The notes: generated by a model not told the origin, from the sequence alone. A stretch of 64,000 nt of DNA from Trichormus sp. ATA11-4-KO1 (GCA_019358915.1 JAHHIM010000065.1:224001-288000), one strand, 5' to 3'; shown: positions 1-10,754, counted from the first letter of the stretch. Numbers and translations: made by a program.

Positions 1-412
1 AGACGTTTTGATAGTCTAAATCTTGGAAACTTACCCGATAGAATATTTGTTGGTCTGGAGGTAAGTTTTGGAGAGTAAATCGAGCTGTAAAATCGTTATC
101 TTCTAAAGCCCTGGGGCCAAAAACACGCCGTACATTGCTAAAAGATTCACTGGTGGAATATTCAATTAACATTCTGGCAGGGCGATCGCTGCGACTCCAA
201 ATGACGATACTATTATCGCTGATATCTCCACTGGCAATGCCATAAGGTATGCTAGGGCGCATTTTGTCAGAGGTAATAATTCCAGGTGCTTGTCCAAAAA
301 CTGGTGATTTTGATACAAGATTGGTAGTAATAATTCCACCTGCGGTCACAGCAGAATTTAGTAAAAACTGGCGGCGGTTAAACTTCAATGGATTATTGGA
401 TTTCATACTCAT
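1..412 (-). CDS. phoD: Alkaline phosphatase D family protein, 5' part (runs off window)
   Basis: Manual translation MSMKSNNPLKFNRRQFLLNSAVTAGG...PYGIASGDISDNSIVIWSRSDRPARM; Tat motif RRQFL and PhoD N-terminal GxASGD motif; not in ORF track. Confidence 0.85.
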   Translation of the reverse strand, partial: MSMKSNNPLKFNRRQFLLNSAVTAGGIITTNLVSKSPVFGQAPGIITSDKMRPSIPYGIASGDISDNSIVIWSRSDRPARMLIEYSTSESFSNVRRVFGPRALEDNDFTARFTLQNLPPDQQIFYRVSFQDLDYQNV

Positions 413-759
413 TATTAGCAAACTCAAACAAAGTCATACAAAATAGGTAAATACCACATTCTGTAATACCAATGAGTAAAGCTTAAGTTATCCAAAGGTT
501 ATAAAAAGGTTGTTATATTATTGTTAAAATAATAAATAATTAATTAAAATTAAAGCTATTATATCAATTTAATTTCAGCTTAAATCTGCTGCAACTTTCT
601 GATTTACGCGCTCAAAACTCCAATTATTACCAGCAGTTTATTTACCAGGAAATTGTAAACAAACGCATAAAAATGCTGTCAGAATGAGTTGCTTAAGCAT
701 GACCAACCCTACAAACTTTAACAACATACTATTCCTCTTTCCACCCACTTCATCTTAAA

Positions 760-942
760 ACTCTGCGCTCCTCCGCGTTTCCCTCCGCGCACGACAGTCG
801 CTACAAGTCGGCAAAGCCTTATGCCTACGGCACGCTACGCGGTAAGCGCAGCTATGCCCGTTAGGGCTTTACGGCAGTTCCTCTTTGGGGAAACCACCAA
901 GACCGGACTGCCTCACCAACGAGCTGTCTCCCCTTTGCGTTA
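760..942. repeat. Composite of nested short dispersed repeats
   Basis: GC-rich palindromic modules (gacagtcgctacaagtcggc, gcctacggcacgctacgcg, cagttcctctttggggaaacc) in AT-rich intergenic DNA. Confidence 0.6.
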
Positions 943-1091
943 AAACTCCATCTTCAACCTCCCCATAAGCCAACTATCTGTCATATCCTTAAATAAAACT
1001 AGCAGTCAGGAAATCAACACCAATACCTGGTATTTTGCTACGATCGCTATCTTATTGTAGGAACTATGCTAGTAGTAAATTGATTGGGAAT

Positions 1092-1466
1092 ATGTTGACC
1101 AAACGCAAAAGTCGCAGCATCGCCGCAATTTTAGCTTTATCCGGTACGTTGACAATTTCCGGATTACATAAATTTTATCTGGGACAGCCGTTGTGGGGCA
1201 TCTTGTACGTCTTACTCTCCTGGACGCCTATCCCCAAAGTAGCAAGCGCCATTGAGGGAGTTTGGTACTTAGCACAAGATGAAGAAGCATTTGATCGTCA
1301 TTTTAATTTAGGTAAGTCAGCAGTTAGGAATGCACAGCAAACGGGTAATCAGGTAAGTGCGATCGCTGAGGCTTTGCGTGAATTAGATACTCTGCGCCAA
1401 GATGGACTGATTTCTGAGTACGAATTTGAGCAAAAGCGCCGCCAGCTGCTAGACCAAATCTCTTGA
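1092..1466 (+). CDS. TM2/NINE-domain membrane protein with C-terminal SHOCT motif
   Basis: GLHKFYLGQ motif; C-terminal LRQDGLISEYEFEQKRRQLL. Confidence 0.8.
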   Translation: MLTKRKSRSIAAILALSGTLTISGLHKFYLGQPLWGILYVLLSWTPIPKVASAIEGVWYLAQDEEAFDRHFNLGKSAVRNAQQTGNQVSAIAEALRELDTLRQDGLISEYEFEQKRRQLLDQIS

Positions 1467-2011
1467 TGCAAGCAAAAATGATGAACTGGCTACCTTTGAA
1501 CCCCAAGTTGCAAAAACTCCGCGCCAAACTCCTTAATGACCCCTACTATCGACTACAGTCTGGGGAAGAAATTCAGCTAGCTGCAAAACTGGGTATCCGC
1601 ATTGATGCTAATCAAGCGACTGTAGACGATTGGTTACGTCTTCCTGGGTTGTCAATTCACCAAGCGCGATCGCTTGTGGAACTTTCACGCTCTGGTGTTA
1701 AATTTTACTGTATTGAAGATATCGCTGCGGCTTTAGCTATGCCAGCACAGCGACTAGAACCATTAAAGGCTTTGCTAAGTTTTATTTACTATGACAATGA
1801 ATCTCTAGACCATCCTACACAGTTAGTTAACCCGAACACAGCCACAGTGGAACAGTTAGCAAAAATTCCCTTTATAGATGCGTCTCTAGCCGAAGCAGTA
1901 GTGCAAAATCGACTATCAGCTGGGTCTTATCGTAACTTAGCCGATTTCCAATGCAGATTGGATATATCTGGTGAAGCGATCACCCAGCTGATGTATTTTC
2001 TCCGATTTTAG
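1466..2011 (+). CDS. ComEA-family helix-hairpin-helix DNA-binding protein
   Basis: Two HhH motifs (DANQATVDDWLRLPGL; NPNTATVEQLAKIPFI). Confidence 0.8.
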   Translation: MQAKMMNWLPLNPKLQKLRAKLLNDPYYRLQSGEEIQLAAKLGIRIDANQATVDDWLRLPGLSIHQARSLVELSRSGVKFYCIEDIAAALAMPAQRLEPLKALLSFIYYDNESLDHPTQLVNPNTATVEQLAKIPFIDASLAEAVVQNRLSAGSYRNLADFQCRLDISGEAITQLMYFLRF

Positions 2012-2014
2012 CTT

Positions 2015-2593
2015 CTAGCCTTGAATAAACCCAATCCTGTCGGGAGGCCAAAAGCGAAATGTTGCCCGACCAATGATATTTTGTCTAGGTAAAAATCCCC
2101 AGTAGCGAGAATCGTTACTATCGTTGCGGTTGTCTCCCATGACAAAGAACTCACCTTCGGGAACTTGTACGGCTGGGAATGGCTGACTTGGGGGTTCAGC
2201 GATGTAGTCTTCCGCTAATGGTTGACCGTCGAGGTAAACTGTACCGTTAGTCACTTTGAGTATTTTTCCAGGGACACCAATCACCCGCTTAATAAAAGCT
2301 TGGTCTTGAGGATATCCCCGACGTTGTAATTCTTCAGGTGGCTGAAAAACGATAATATCCCCAATTGCGGGAGGGTGAAAACGGTAAGAGACTTTTTCTA
2401 CCACCAAGCGATCGCCTGTGTGTAGTGTAGGTAACATGGAATCTGATGGAATGTAGCGAGGTTCAGCAATAAAAGTCCTGATGAGGAGTGCCAAACATAA
2501 GGCGATCGCAATGAGTGTAAGATTTTCTTGCCAACTACTCCATCCTTTAGATGACGTAGCAGCTTGTTTGGCATCACTTTCGTGAGGATTCAT
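2015..2593 (-). CDS. lepB: Signal peptidase I
   Basis: IPSDSMLPTL, FIKRVIG and GDNRNDSNDSR motifs. Confidence 0.95.
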   Translation of the reverse strand: MNPHESDAKQAATSSKGWSSWQENLTLIAIALCLALLIRTFIAEPRYIPSDSMLPTLHTGDRLVVEKVSYRFHPPAIGDIIVFQPPEELQRRGYPQDQAFIKRVIGVPGKILKVTNGTVYLDGQPLAEDYIAEPPSQPFPAVQVPEGEFFVMGDNRNDSNDSRYWGFLPRQNIIGRATFRFWPPDRIGFIQG

Positions 2594-2873
2594 AAAAATT
2601 TTCAGCCAGTTCAAAAAGTGGAACGCATACCTTGATTATTTTGACGCTAAAGGTATGCTTTTGGCACTCTCACCCTTTGAGTGGGTGAATATTCTCAAGT
2701 TTTCCTACTTTTGAGAATACCAGAAATCATCTGTTTTAATAAATTTTCATTTTTCTTGTGTGAAAGTGTCTGTTAATTATTAACTTTAGTAGTTATCGGG
2801 GAAATATGAAAAGGAAAAAGTTAGCCGTATAAATGAATTAAAATAAAAATCAAATAAATTCAGATAACCTCTC

Positions 2874-3095
2874 ATGACATTACAAGAATTGCAAAAACAA
2901 GTACTGCAATTACCAACAAGTCAACGCTGGCAATTAGTACATACTCTGTTAGAATCACTACAACAAGAAATTCAACCAGTATCAAAAAAAAGGAACTTGT
3001 CTCGACTGCGTGGTATTGCTAAAGATGCCAATATATCCAATGATGAAAATATGACGGCAGATTATGTTACTTATTTGACAGAAAAATACCAGTAA
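2874..3095 (+). CDS. Small putative antitoxin
   Basis: 73 aa, ends YLTEKYQ, stop overlaps start of PIN ORF. Confidence 0.65.
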   Translation: MTLQELQKQVLQLPTSQRWQLVHTLLESLQQEIQPVSKKRNLSRLRGIAKDANISNDENMTADYVTYLTEKYQ

Positions 3096-3280
3096 TGCAA
3101 GTTTTAATTGATACAAATGTCGTTCTTGATTTTTTACTTGAACGAGAGCCTTTTGTAGAAGATGCAGTCAAAATCTTTGCAAAAATTGATGCAGGTGCGA
3201 TTGAAGGGTTTATTACTGCCACTACAATTACTAATATTTATTACATCATTCGTAAAGCCGCCGATGCATTATTGGCATAA
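3095..3280 (+). pseudogene. PIN-domain toxin, 3'-truncated
   Basis: VLIDTNVVLDFLLERE start; only 61 aa, runs into the 32-bp repeat at 3270-3303. Confidence 0.75.
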
Positions 3281-3296
3281 AAAATCTCCCCAACAC

Positions 3297-3611
3297 TAAG
3301 GGAGATAAAAATTAAAAATTTTTTAATAAAAAAACGGTAGAGAACCGAAATCCTCCACCGCTTATTTAATTTAAAAAATTCTAATTAAGATTCAGCACCT
3401 TGGGGCATTAATTCCCGACGCTGTTGAGAACTAACTTGGACAACGCCATTTTCATCAACATCAACTAAGGCTGTATCGCCGTCCTTGATGCGACCAGACA
3501 AAATTTCTTCTGCTAGGCTATCTTCTAACAAGCGCATAATTGCTCGACGTAATGGTCTAGCACCGTAGCTAGGACTGTAACCTTCCTCAATCAAACGATC
3601 TTTGAAGCGAT
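3297..3611. repeat. Direct-repeat copy of the clpC 3' end plus downstream terminator (partner 5664-5979)
   Basis: Near-identical ~315 bp; encodes the last ~75 aa of ClpC. Confidence 0.95.
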
Positions 3612-3842
3612 TCAGTTACTTAATTCCGCAGCTAGAAGCCTACCTTCAATTGGTTCATACTCATCTTCAAGTAACCATAACTTAGCAATATCGTAGCTAT
3701 TGCTAGAAAATACAACTTTATAACCCTGCGCTGGATCATAAATTTTACAGTTTTCTTGACCGTCACAAAGCAACAAAAGAATATATGGAGGCGATAACAT
3801 TGGATCTATCCATACTTCCGTAAATTCCCAGTTATTCTTCAC
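3612..3842 (-). CDS. Putative immunity/antitoxin protein
   Basis: Small acidic protein, GTG start overlaps the end of the upstream toxin-like ORF. Confidence 0.55.
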   Translation of the reverse strand: MKNNWEFTEVWIDPMLSPPYILLLLCDGQENCKIYDPAQGYKVVFSSNSYDIAKLWLLEDEYEPIEGRLLAAELSN

Positions 3843-4167
3843 TAGGTCTGGTGCGGGGGATGACGTGGTATTGGTTGTCTGCATTGATTTTTATCTCCCC
3901 ATAATAAAGTAGAATATGGCTACCATCTGGACTGATTCTATAACCTATTGGTTCATTAAAAAACATTCCGTAGCGTTCATAACCGCGAATGATTCCAGTG
4001 AACTGTCCATTTTCTATGGCTTGGGCAACTTGATTCATGGTAGTTTCATCGTTAAATACATGAGCTGCCAGTCCTCGTTTAAGAAGTCTTTGCATTTGAG
4101 GTGTACCAGCTATGTGCTTGGCAACTTGTCTAATATCAAGCATAATTTGACGATTTATTTCGCTCAT
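3832..4167 (-). CDS. Putative RNase toxin (polymorphic-toxin C-terminal type)
   Basis: KHIAGT near N-terminus and YHVIP at C-terminus, reminiscent of Ntox50-like toxins; coupled to small downstream gene. Confidence 0.5.
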   Translation of the reverse strand: MSEINRQIMLDIRQVAKHIAGTPQMQRLLKRGLAAHVFNDETTMNQVAQAIENGQFTGIIRGYERYGMFFNEPIGYRISPDGSHILLYYGEIKINADNQYHVIPRTRPSEE

Positions 4168-4476
4168 TATTAAGTACCTACGCATAAATATTTAGACATT
4201 TTTCCACACGAATGAAATCGCTGTATTCCAATACTGTCACCTGTCACCGTTCGGCTGACGCTCACGGCGAAGCCTGTCCCCTTTCCTAGCTAGGTAATTT
4301 ATTTTGCACGACTACTTAATATGTCTTGTATATTGTTGATATCACCAGCTTGCCTAGCTAGCTAATTCAGTCTGAATAGCAGAATACCGCCTTAAAGGTA
4401 CGGTTATTACTCTATTTAGAGGTAAAAAATTATTCTGTACACTGCCACCTTATTTGCATAAAACATCTCCCCAACA

Positions 4477-5655
4477 CTAAGGGATGGTGAATTCGCTGTT
4501 ATCAAGCGGGGTGGGGTCGATGAACCAGCCGATACCGTTGGCGTTGTGGTCGATGAGGATTGTGCCTCCGTTGGGGTGACCGAGGGGGTCGAATTGGGTT
4601 AGTTGAGCTTCTGCTAGTTGTCCGGTGGGGAGGTCGGTGATTTGGAAGGAGATGTTTAAGGTGGGGTCGAAAAGGGATGGCCACAGATCAGTAGCACTAT
4701 ATTTAAGATCGGAAAATAAGTTGGAGGTTAAATTATGGTTTGGAGAATTACTACTGATGAATTGTTGGCGCGTTATAAAGCTGGGGAGCTTAACTTTAAT
4801 GGGATTGAGTTGATTCGCATTGTTGGCGAAATGGGCGAAAGAGATGGGATCGATGGTCAGATTACTGGGCTTGAAGGTGCTGACTTGCGAGGTATTAGCC
4901 TGCGGGGAGCTAATCTTGAAGATGTCGATTTGAGTGGGGCTAATTTGACTGGATCTGATTTGTTCGGAGCTTATCTGGGTGGGGCTGGTTTGGTAAAAAC
5001 TATTCTCAGGGATGCTAACTTGTTCTCCGCCAACCTGAATCATGCCACTCTGACCGGAGGTGATTTGACCGGGGCTAATTTGAGCCATGTAAACGCGATT
5101 AGCACTGTTTTCATTGGTGCTAAAGTTGGACACTTTGAATACGCCGATTTGACTCAGGCTAATTTCCGAGATTCTACTGCTAATGCGTATGGTCTCTGTC
5201 GTAGTTTCAATCTGATCTGGCGTACTATTATGCCCGACGGTAGCATCGAAGAAGGTCCCTACTATAAATGGAGATAGTTCTTTTTCTGTTGCAGCCATTA
5301 AAGGGGCTGGTTCAATAATGTTAATTCTTGTTCTAATATCTGTAACATTGCGATTTTCAATTGCTTGTTGAATATCTGTAGGAATATTGGACAAAAAATT
5401 ATAGCCAGTTATATCTTCAAGTTGTTTAACATTAAATAGTCCAAATGTTTTTCCATTAAGTGTAAAGTTTTGTTCCCAATGCTCATCAGGGTCTTGCCCT
5501 TTACGATTTGCATCAAGGGTATTGGGTAAATAAATACCAACTTCCAAACACTTTCGGAGACACTGATTTTATTGTTAAGTAGAAGAGGATTGCCAGAACT
5601 ATCTATTGCTTGTCCCTCTCTTCCTGCAATGACATACAGTTCTTTATTATGCTTA
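4477..5655 (-). pseudogene. Remnant of large multidomain protein: C-terminal part of NucA-type DNA/RNA non-specific endonuclease plus downstream extracellular domain
   Basis: NKELYVIAG...KISVSESVWK in an upstream frame; LEDITGYNFLSNIPTDIQQAIE; later ITDLPTGQLAEA...GWFIDPTPLDNSEF; truncated at both ends. Confidence 0.75.
4735..5277 (+). CDS. Pentapeptide-repeat protein, nested antisense in 4477-5547
   Basis: A[DN]Lxx repeats, ELLARYKAGE N-cap, TIMPDGS C-cap, GGAGGT RBS at 4723-4728. Confidence 0.9.
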   Translation: MVWRITTDELLARYKAGELNFNGIELIRIVGEMGERDGIDGQITGLEGADLRGISLRGANLEDVDLSGANLTGSDLFGAYLGGAGLVKTILRDANLFSANLNHATLTGGDLTGANLSHVNAISTVFIGAKVGHFEYADLTQANFRDSTANAYGLCRSFNLIWRTIMPDGSIEEGPYYKWR

Positions 5656-5701
5656 TTTCACGTTAAGGGAGATAAAAATTAAAAATTTTTTAATAAAAAA
5701 A

Positions 5702-5727
5702 CGGTAGAGAACCGAAATCCTCCACCG
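5702..5727 (-). terminator. Putative intrinsic terminator of clpC (duplicated at 3335-3360)
   Basis: Hairpin cggtagag...ctccaccg followed by T-run on minus strand. Confidence 0.6.
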
Positions 5728-5752
5728 CTTATTTAATTTTTAAAAATCCTAA

Positions 5753-8224
5753 TTAAGATTCAGCACCTTGGGGCATTAATTCCCGACGCTGTTGAGAACT
5801 AACTTGGACAACGCCATTTTCATCAACATCAACTAAGGCTGTATCGCCGTCCTTGATGCGACCAGACAGAATTTCTTCTGCTAGGCTATCTTCTAACAAG
5901 CGCATAATCGCTCGACGTAATGGTCTAGCACCGTAGCTAGGACTGTAACCTTCCTCAATCAAACGATCTTTGAAGCGATCGCTCACTTCTAGGGTGATAC
6001 CTTTTTCTGTTAGGCGACCAAATACTTCCTTGAGCATGATCTCCGCAATTTGTGTCACCTCTGGCTTGCTCAACTGACGGAAGACGATAATTTCATCTAG
6101 ACGGTTGAGGAACTCTGGACGGAAGTATTGCTTCAGTTCTTCGTTCACCAAGGAGCGAATACGGTTGTATTGTGACTCGCTAGCATCGTCGGCGAATTCA
6201 AAGCCGATACCGCCGCCGCCTTTTTCAATTACCTTGGAACCAATGTTAGAAGTCAAAATCAGCAAGGTGTTCTTGAAGTCTACTGTGCGTCCTTTGGCAT
6301 CGGTTAAGCGACCGTCTTCCAAAATTTGCAGCAGCATGTTGAAGACATCGGGGTGAGCTTTTTCGATTTCATCGAATAGCACCACAGTATAAGGTCGCCG
6401 TCTGACAGCTTCAGTTAATTGACCGCCTTCGTTATATCCAACATAACCAGGAGGTGAACCAATCAACTTGCTGACGGTGTGGCGTTCCATGTATTCGGAC
6501 ATATCCAAACGGATCATTGCTTCTTCGGAACCGAAGAAGTATGAAGCCAAGGATTTCGCCAATTCTGTTTTACCTACGCCGGTCGGCCCGGAGAAGACAA
6601 AACTAGCAATAGGTCGATTGGGATTTTTCAACCCGACACGAGCGCGACGAATTGCTCGTGAAACTGCTTTGACTGCATCTTCTTGACCAATTAAGCGTTG
6701 ATGCAAGGTGTCTTCCATGTGCAGCAACTTCTCGGATTCTGATTCGGTGAGCTTGTTCACCGGTACACCAGTCCAGGAAGCGACGATGTGAGCAATGTCC
6801 TCTTCGTCTACTACAGGTTCTTCACCTTCATTGCCAGAAGCATTGGTTTTGCTTTGAGCGATCGCGCGAATTTCGGCTTTGATTTCCATCTCGCGATCAC
6901 GCAGTTCACCAGCTCTATCGAAGTCTTGGGAGCGTACAGCGTCGTCTTTTTCTTTTAAGATTTGCCGTAGTTCTTTGTCTAACTCTTTGGCTGCGGGTGG
7001 CAGTTGGGAGTTAATCAAACGTACCCGAGAACCAGCTTCATCGATTAAGTCGATGGCTTTGTCTGGGAGGTAGCGATCGCTTATGTAACGGTCAGATAAT
7101 TTTGCCGCCGCCACCAAGGCTTCGTCAGAAATTTTCAGCTTGTGGTGCTGCTCGTAGCGTTCGCGCAACCCGTGCAAGATTTCAATGGTTTCGTCAACTG
7201 ATGGTTCACCCACCATTACTGGCTGGAAGCGTCGCTCTAGGGCTGCATCTCGCTCGATGTGCTTGCGGTATTCATCCAGGGTTGTGGCGCCAATACACTG
7301 CAATTCGCCTCTAGCCAAAGCTGGCTTGAGGATATTTGCTGCGTCAATGGCTCCTTCAGCCGCACCTGCACCAATCAGGGTGTGTACCTCGTCAATTACC
7401 AGAATGACGTTACCCGCAGAGCGGATTTCATCCATGATTTTTTTGAGGCGTTCTTCAAATTCACCCCGGTACTTGGTTCCTGCTACCAGCAAACCAATAT
7501 CTAGTGTGACTACGCGTTTATCTTCCAGGATGTCGGGGACATCTTTGTTGGCAATGCGCGATGCTAGACCTTCGGCGATCGCTGTTTTACCAACCCCTGG
7601 TTCACCAATCAGCACTGGGTTATTTTTAGTCCGGCGACCCAAAATTTGGATCACCCGCTCAATTTCTTTGGCGCGTCCGACAACTGGGTCTAGCTTGTTG
7701 TCTGCTGCCATTTGGGTCAGGTTTGAGCCAAATTCATCCAAGGTTGGAGTTTTGGTGCGTCCCGATTGTCCAGTGGCTGAAACCTCTGCTGTTTCGCCCA
7801 GCATACGGATGACTTGGGTTCTGACTTTAGATAAATCCACCCCGAGGTTTTCTAGCACCCTGGCTGCTACACCTTCCCCTTCCCGGATCAGGCCCAACAG
7901 CAGATGCTCGGTGCCAATGTAGTTATGCCCTAATTGGCGCGCTTCTTCCAAGGATAGTTCTAAAACTCGCTTTGCCCGTGGCGTAAACGGAATTTCCACG
8001 GCCACAAAGCCCGAACCCCGGCCTATGATTTTTTCTACCTCAATGCGGGCATCTTTCAGATTGACACCCATTGATTTCAACACTTTGGCCGCGACTCCCG
8101 TACCTTCCCCAATCAGACCCAGGAGGATCTGTTCGGTTCCGACGAAGTTGTGACCTAAGCGGCGGGCCTCTTCTTGGGCCAGCATGATTACCTTAATGGC
8201 TTTTTCTGTGAAGCGTTCAAACAT
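5753..8224 (-). CDS. clpC: ATP-dependent Clp protease ATP-binding subunit ClpC
   Basis: [22 protein letters not shown]; two Walker A motifs GEPGVGKT and GPTGVGKT. Confidence 0.98.
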   Translation of the reverse strand: MFERFTEKAIKVIMLAQEEARRLGHNFVGTEQILLGLIGEGTGVAAKVLKSMGVNLKDARIEVEKIIGRGSGFVAVEIPFTPRAKRVLELSLEEARQLGHNYIGTEHLLLGLIREGEGVAARVLENLGVDLSKVRTQVIRMLGETAEVSATGQSGRTKTPTLDEFGSNLTQMAADNKLDPVVGRAKEIERVIQILGRRTKNNPVLIGEPGVGKTAIAEGLASRIANKDVPDILEDKRVVTLDIGLLVAGTKYRGEFEERLKKIMDEIRSAGNVILVIDEVHTLIGAGAAEGAIDAANILKPALARGELQCIGATTLDEYRKHIERDAALERRFQPVMVGEPSVDETIEILHGLRERYEQHHKLKISDEALVAAAKLSDRYISDRYLPDKAIDLIDEAGSRVRLINSQLPPAAKELDKELRQILKEKDDAVRSQDFDRAGELRDREMEIKAEIRAIAQSKTNASGNEGEEPVVDEEDIAHIVASWTGVPVNKLTESESEKLLHMEDTLHQRLIGQEDAVKAVSRAIRRARVGLKNPNRPIASFVFSGPTGVGKTELAKSLASYFFGSEEAMIRLDMSEYMERHTVSKLIGSPPGYVGYNEGGQLTEAVRRRPYTVVLFDEIEKAHPDVFNMLLQILEDGRLTDAKGRTVDFKNTLLILTSNIGSKVIEKGGGGIGFEFADDASESQYNRIRSLVNEELKQYFRPEFLNRLDEIIVFRQLSKPEVTQIAEIMLKEVFGRLTEKGITLEVSDRFKDRLIEEGYSPSYGARPLRRAIMRLLEDSLAEEILSGRIKDGDTALVDVDENGVVQVSSQQRRELMPQGAES

Positions 8225-8668
8225 GGCATTTTTCCCATCACCTGCGTCGTGCCGGTATGCTGATTTTAGCACAGGCTCAGAGTTTGGATGCCTGTATAAA
8301 GATTATAGACATCCAATCATCATCGCCCAAGGTGATGGCGTAATTATTAACTTTTTATTACTTTTTGTGTGGCTGCTATACTGAGGAGCTTGAGTTTACC
8401 AGTGTTTCTGGGCTTGACTACATGCAACAGGCCACTATAGTTAGATACTTTTTAACCAGTCACAAATATTAATTATTAGCATAGTTATAATACTTTAGTC
8501 AAGATAAGAGTCAATTTATATCTTTTTTAAAAGCTAAAAGTTTTACTTATTAATTATTTTAATCAAATCAGTCGCTTTTCTGAGTGCTTCCTTCCTGAGT
8601 GCGCTTGCCCTGAACGAAGTCGAAGGGGAATGCTGAGTAAAAGCCAAAAATATAAACTTGACCAATGA

Positions 8669-9184
8669 CTAATGACTAATGAGCATTTGTAAATCTGGTA
8701 GCCAAAGTACAAGGGCATCTTCCCCGTTATCTTGGTAATAATGCCGACGTCGCCCTGCTGTTTTAAAGCCAAATTTTTGATATAAAGATATGGCTGCTAA
8801 ATTAGAAGCGCGGACTTCGAGAGTAGCTCGCTCCAAGCCGCGATCGCTAGCTGTCTTCAGCAAAAAATGTAGTAAAGCCTGTCCCAATCCTTGACGGTGA
8901 TATTGAGGATGAACCGCCAAAATTGTAATGTGTGCTTCTTCTAAAATTGACCAAAAGCAACCCATTGCCAACAGTTTTGGACTAGCGACAGGGGAAAATA
9001 TACCCAATAATTCACTGTTAGGACTATCTAACTCGCGTTGGTAACCCTCCAGAGTCCACAGACCACCAAAACAAGCTTGATCCAGTTCCAGTATGGCACT
9101 GAGATCCGCAAAAGTCAGTGATTTAAATTTTAAGTCGGATGAAATCACATTTATTTTGGATAAGATAACAAGGTCTTTGTACAC
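8669..9184 (-). CDS. rimI: Ribosomal-protein-alanine N-acetyltransferase
   Basis: GNAT motifs AVHPQYHRQGLG, TLEVRASN, RRHYY. Confidence 0.9.
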   Translation of the reverse strand: MYKDLVILSKINVISSDLKFKSLTFADLSAILELDQACFGGLWTLEGYQRELDSPNSELLGIFSPVASPKLLAMGCFWSILEEAHITILAVHPQYHRQGLGQALLHFLLKTASDRGLERATLEVRASNLAAISLYQKFGFKTAGRRRHYYQDNGEDALVLWLPDLQMLISH

Positions 9185-9242
9185 TGGGAATCAGGAGACT
9201 TACTCACACCCGTAATTTGAGCAAGGATAATTAATAATAGCT

Positions 9243-10754
9243 ATGGTATCGACTCACCCCACTGGGGTTCAACATGCTGGTAGCCAGTATTTACCTCAAA
9301 GGCGCAACACAAATGCCCAAGAAAATTGGAACTTTTCGCCTAACCAGGAACTTTTGCCTTTGACCGCCAAAGTTAACGATCAAGACATCCTGGAAATTGG
9401 TGGGTGTGATGTCACAACCCTAGTTCAGCAGTTTGGTTCACCTTTGTATATTTTAGATGAAGAAACCCTGCGAACAGCTTGTCAGCAATATCGAGATACA
9501 TTTAAGCAATATTACCAAGGTGAATCTCAGGTATTATATGCCTCCAAAGCCTGGAATTGTTTAGCTGTTTGCGCGATCGCGGCATCTGAAGGGTTAGGAA
9601 TAGATGTAGTATCGGGAGGCGAACTTTTCACGGCTCTCAGCGCTGGTGTTAGTCCTGATAAAATTTACCTCCACGGTAATAATAAATCTCATGAAGAGCT
9701 AGTTTTCGCAATTGAATCCGGTGTCACCATTGTGGTAGATAACTGGCAAGAATTGCGTATTTTGGTGAAGATAGCCGAGGAGCAAAAGAGTAGAGGAACA
9801 GAGGAGAAAGAAGAAATAGATTTTATTGCACCACTATCTACTCCCGTTCGGCTGACGCTCACGGCGAAAGCCCCCTCCCTACTCCCCATCCGCATCATGT
9901 TGCGGCTAACACCGGGGATTGAATGCCATACCCACGAATACATTCGCACGGGACATTTAGATAGTAAGTTTGGCTTTGATCCCAATGATTTGGATGAGGT
10001 TTTTATTTTTGTTAGTCAGCAACCTTGTTTAAACTGTGTGGGGTTACACGCTCATATTGGTTCCCAAATCTTTGAGCGCCAACCACATCAGGATTTGGCT
10101 GCTGTCATGGTGCAGTGGTTGCAGAAGTCGGCAAATTACGGTTTAACTGTCACGGAATTGAATGTTGGTGGTGGTTTAGGAATTAGGTACACCGAATCGG
10201 ATGATCCCCCCAGCATTGAAGAGTGGGTCAAGGCAATTTGTCAAGTTGTTCAAGAAGCCTGTGCCGCCGAAAATCTCCCTTTGCCAAAATTACTGTGTGA
10301 ACCGGGGCGATCGCTTATTGCCACAGCATGCATCACCGCCTATACTATTGGATCATCGAAAGTTGTACCAGGAATTCGTACCTACTTGTCCGTTGATGGC
10401 GGTATGTCCGATAATCCCCGTCCGATTACTTATCAGTCAGTTTATCGGGCAATAGTTGCCAACAGGGTATCTGCTCCTTTTACAGAAACAGTAACAATTG
10501 CTGGTAAGCATTGTGAATCCGGGGATATTCTCATCAAAAATGCCCAAGTGCCAAAAACTGCACCGGGGGATATTCTCGTGATTATGGGAACTGGTGGGTA
10601 CAATTACAGTATGGCATCTAACTATAACCGCTTACCCCGGCCAGCAGCCGTTGTAGTGGCAAATGGTGAAGCAAATTTGATTTTGCGCCGTGAAACTTAT
10701 CAGGACTTGATTCGGCAAGATTGTCTACCAGACAGACTAAACGCGCAAAAATGA
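9243..10754 (+). CDS. lysA: Diaminopimelate decarboxylase
   Basis: YASKA, SKFG, HIGSQ, EPGRS, CESGD motifs. Confidence 0.96.
   Translation: MVSTHPTGVQHAGSQYLPQRRNTNAQENWNFSPNQELLPLTAKVNDQDILEIGGCDVTTLVQQFGSPLYILDEETLRTACQQYRDTFKQYYQGESQVLYASKAWNCLAVCAIAASEGLGIDVVSGGELFTALSAGVSPDKIYLHGNNKSHEELVFAIESGVTIVVDNWQELRILVKIAEEQKSRGTEEKEEIDFIAPLSTPVRLTLTAKAPSLLPIRIMLRLTPGIECHTHEYIRTGHLDSKFGFDPNDLDEVFIFVSQQPCLNCVGLHAHIGSQIFERQPHQDLAAVMVQWLQKSANYGLTVTELNVGGGLGIRYTESDDPPSIEEWVKAICQVVQEACAAENLPLPKLLCEPGRSLIATACITAYTIGSSKVVPGIRTYLSVDGGMSDNPRPITYQSVYRAIVANRVSAPFTETVTIAGKHCESGDILIKNAQVPKTAPGDILVIMGTGGYNYSMASNYNRLPRPAAVVVANGEANLILRRETYQDLIRQDCLPDRLNAQK

Noticed and set aside
3385..3594. 69-aa ORF as a separate clp gene
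   Set aside because: It is the duplicated clpC 3' end with no start context
7185..7922. 245-aa antisense ORF in clpC (likewise 10933-11802 in cdaA and 18411-18992 in dnaK)
   Set aside because: Shadow frames of conserved genes with no independent domain or RBS, unlike the 4477-5547 case
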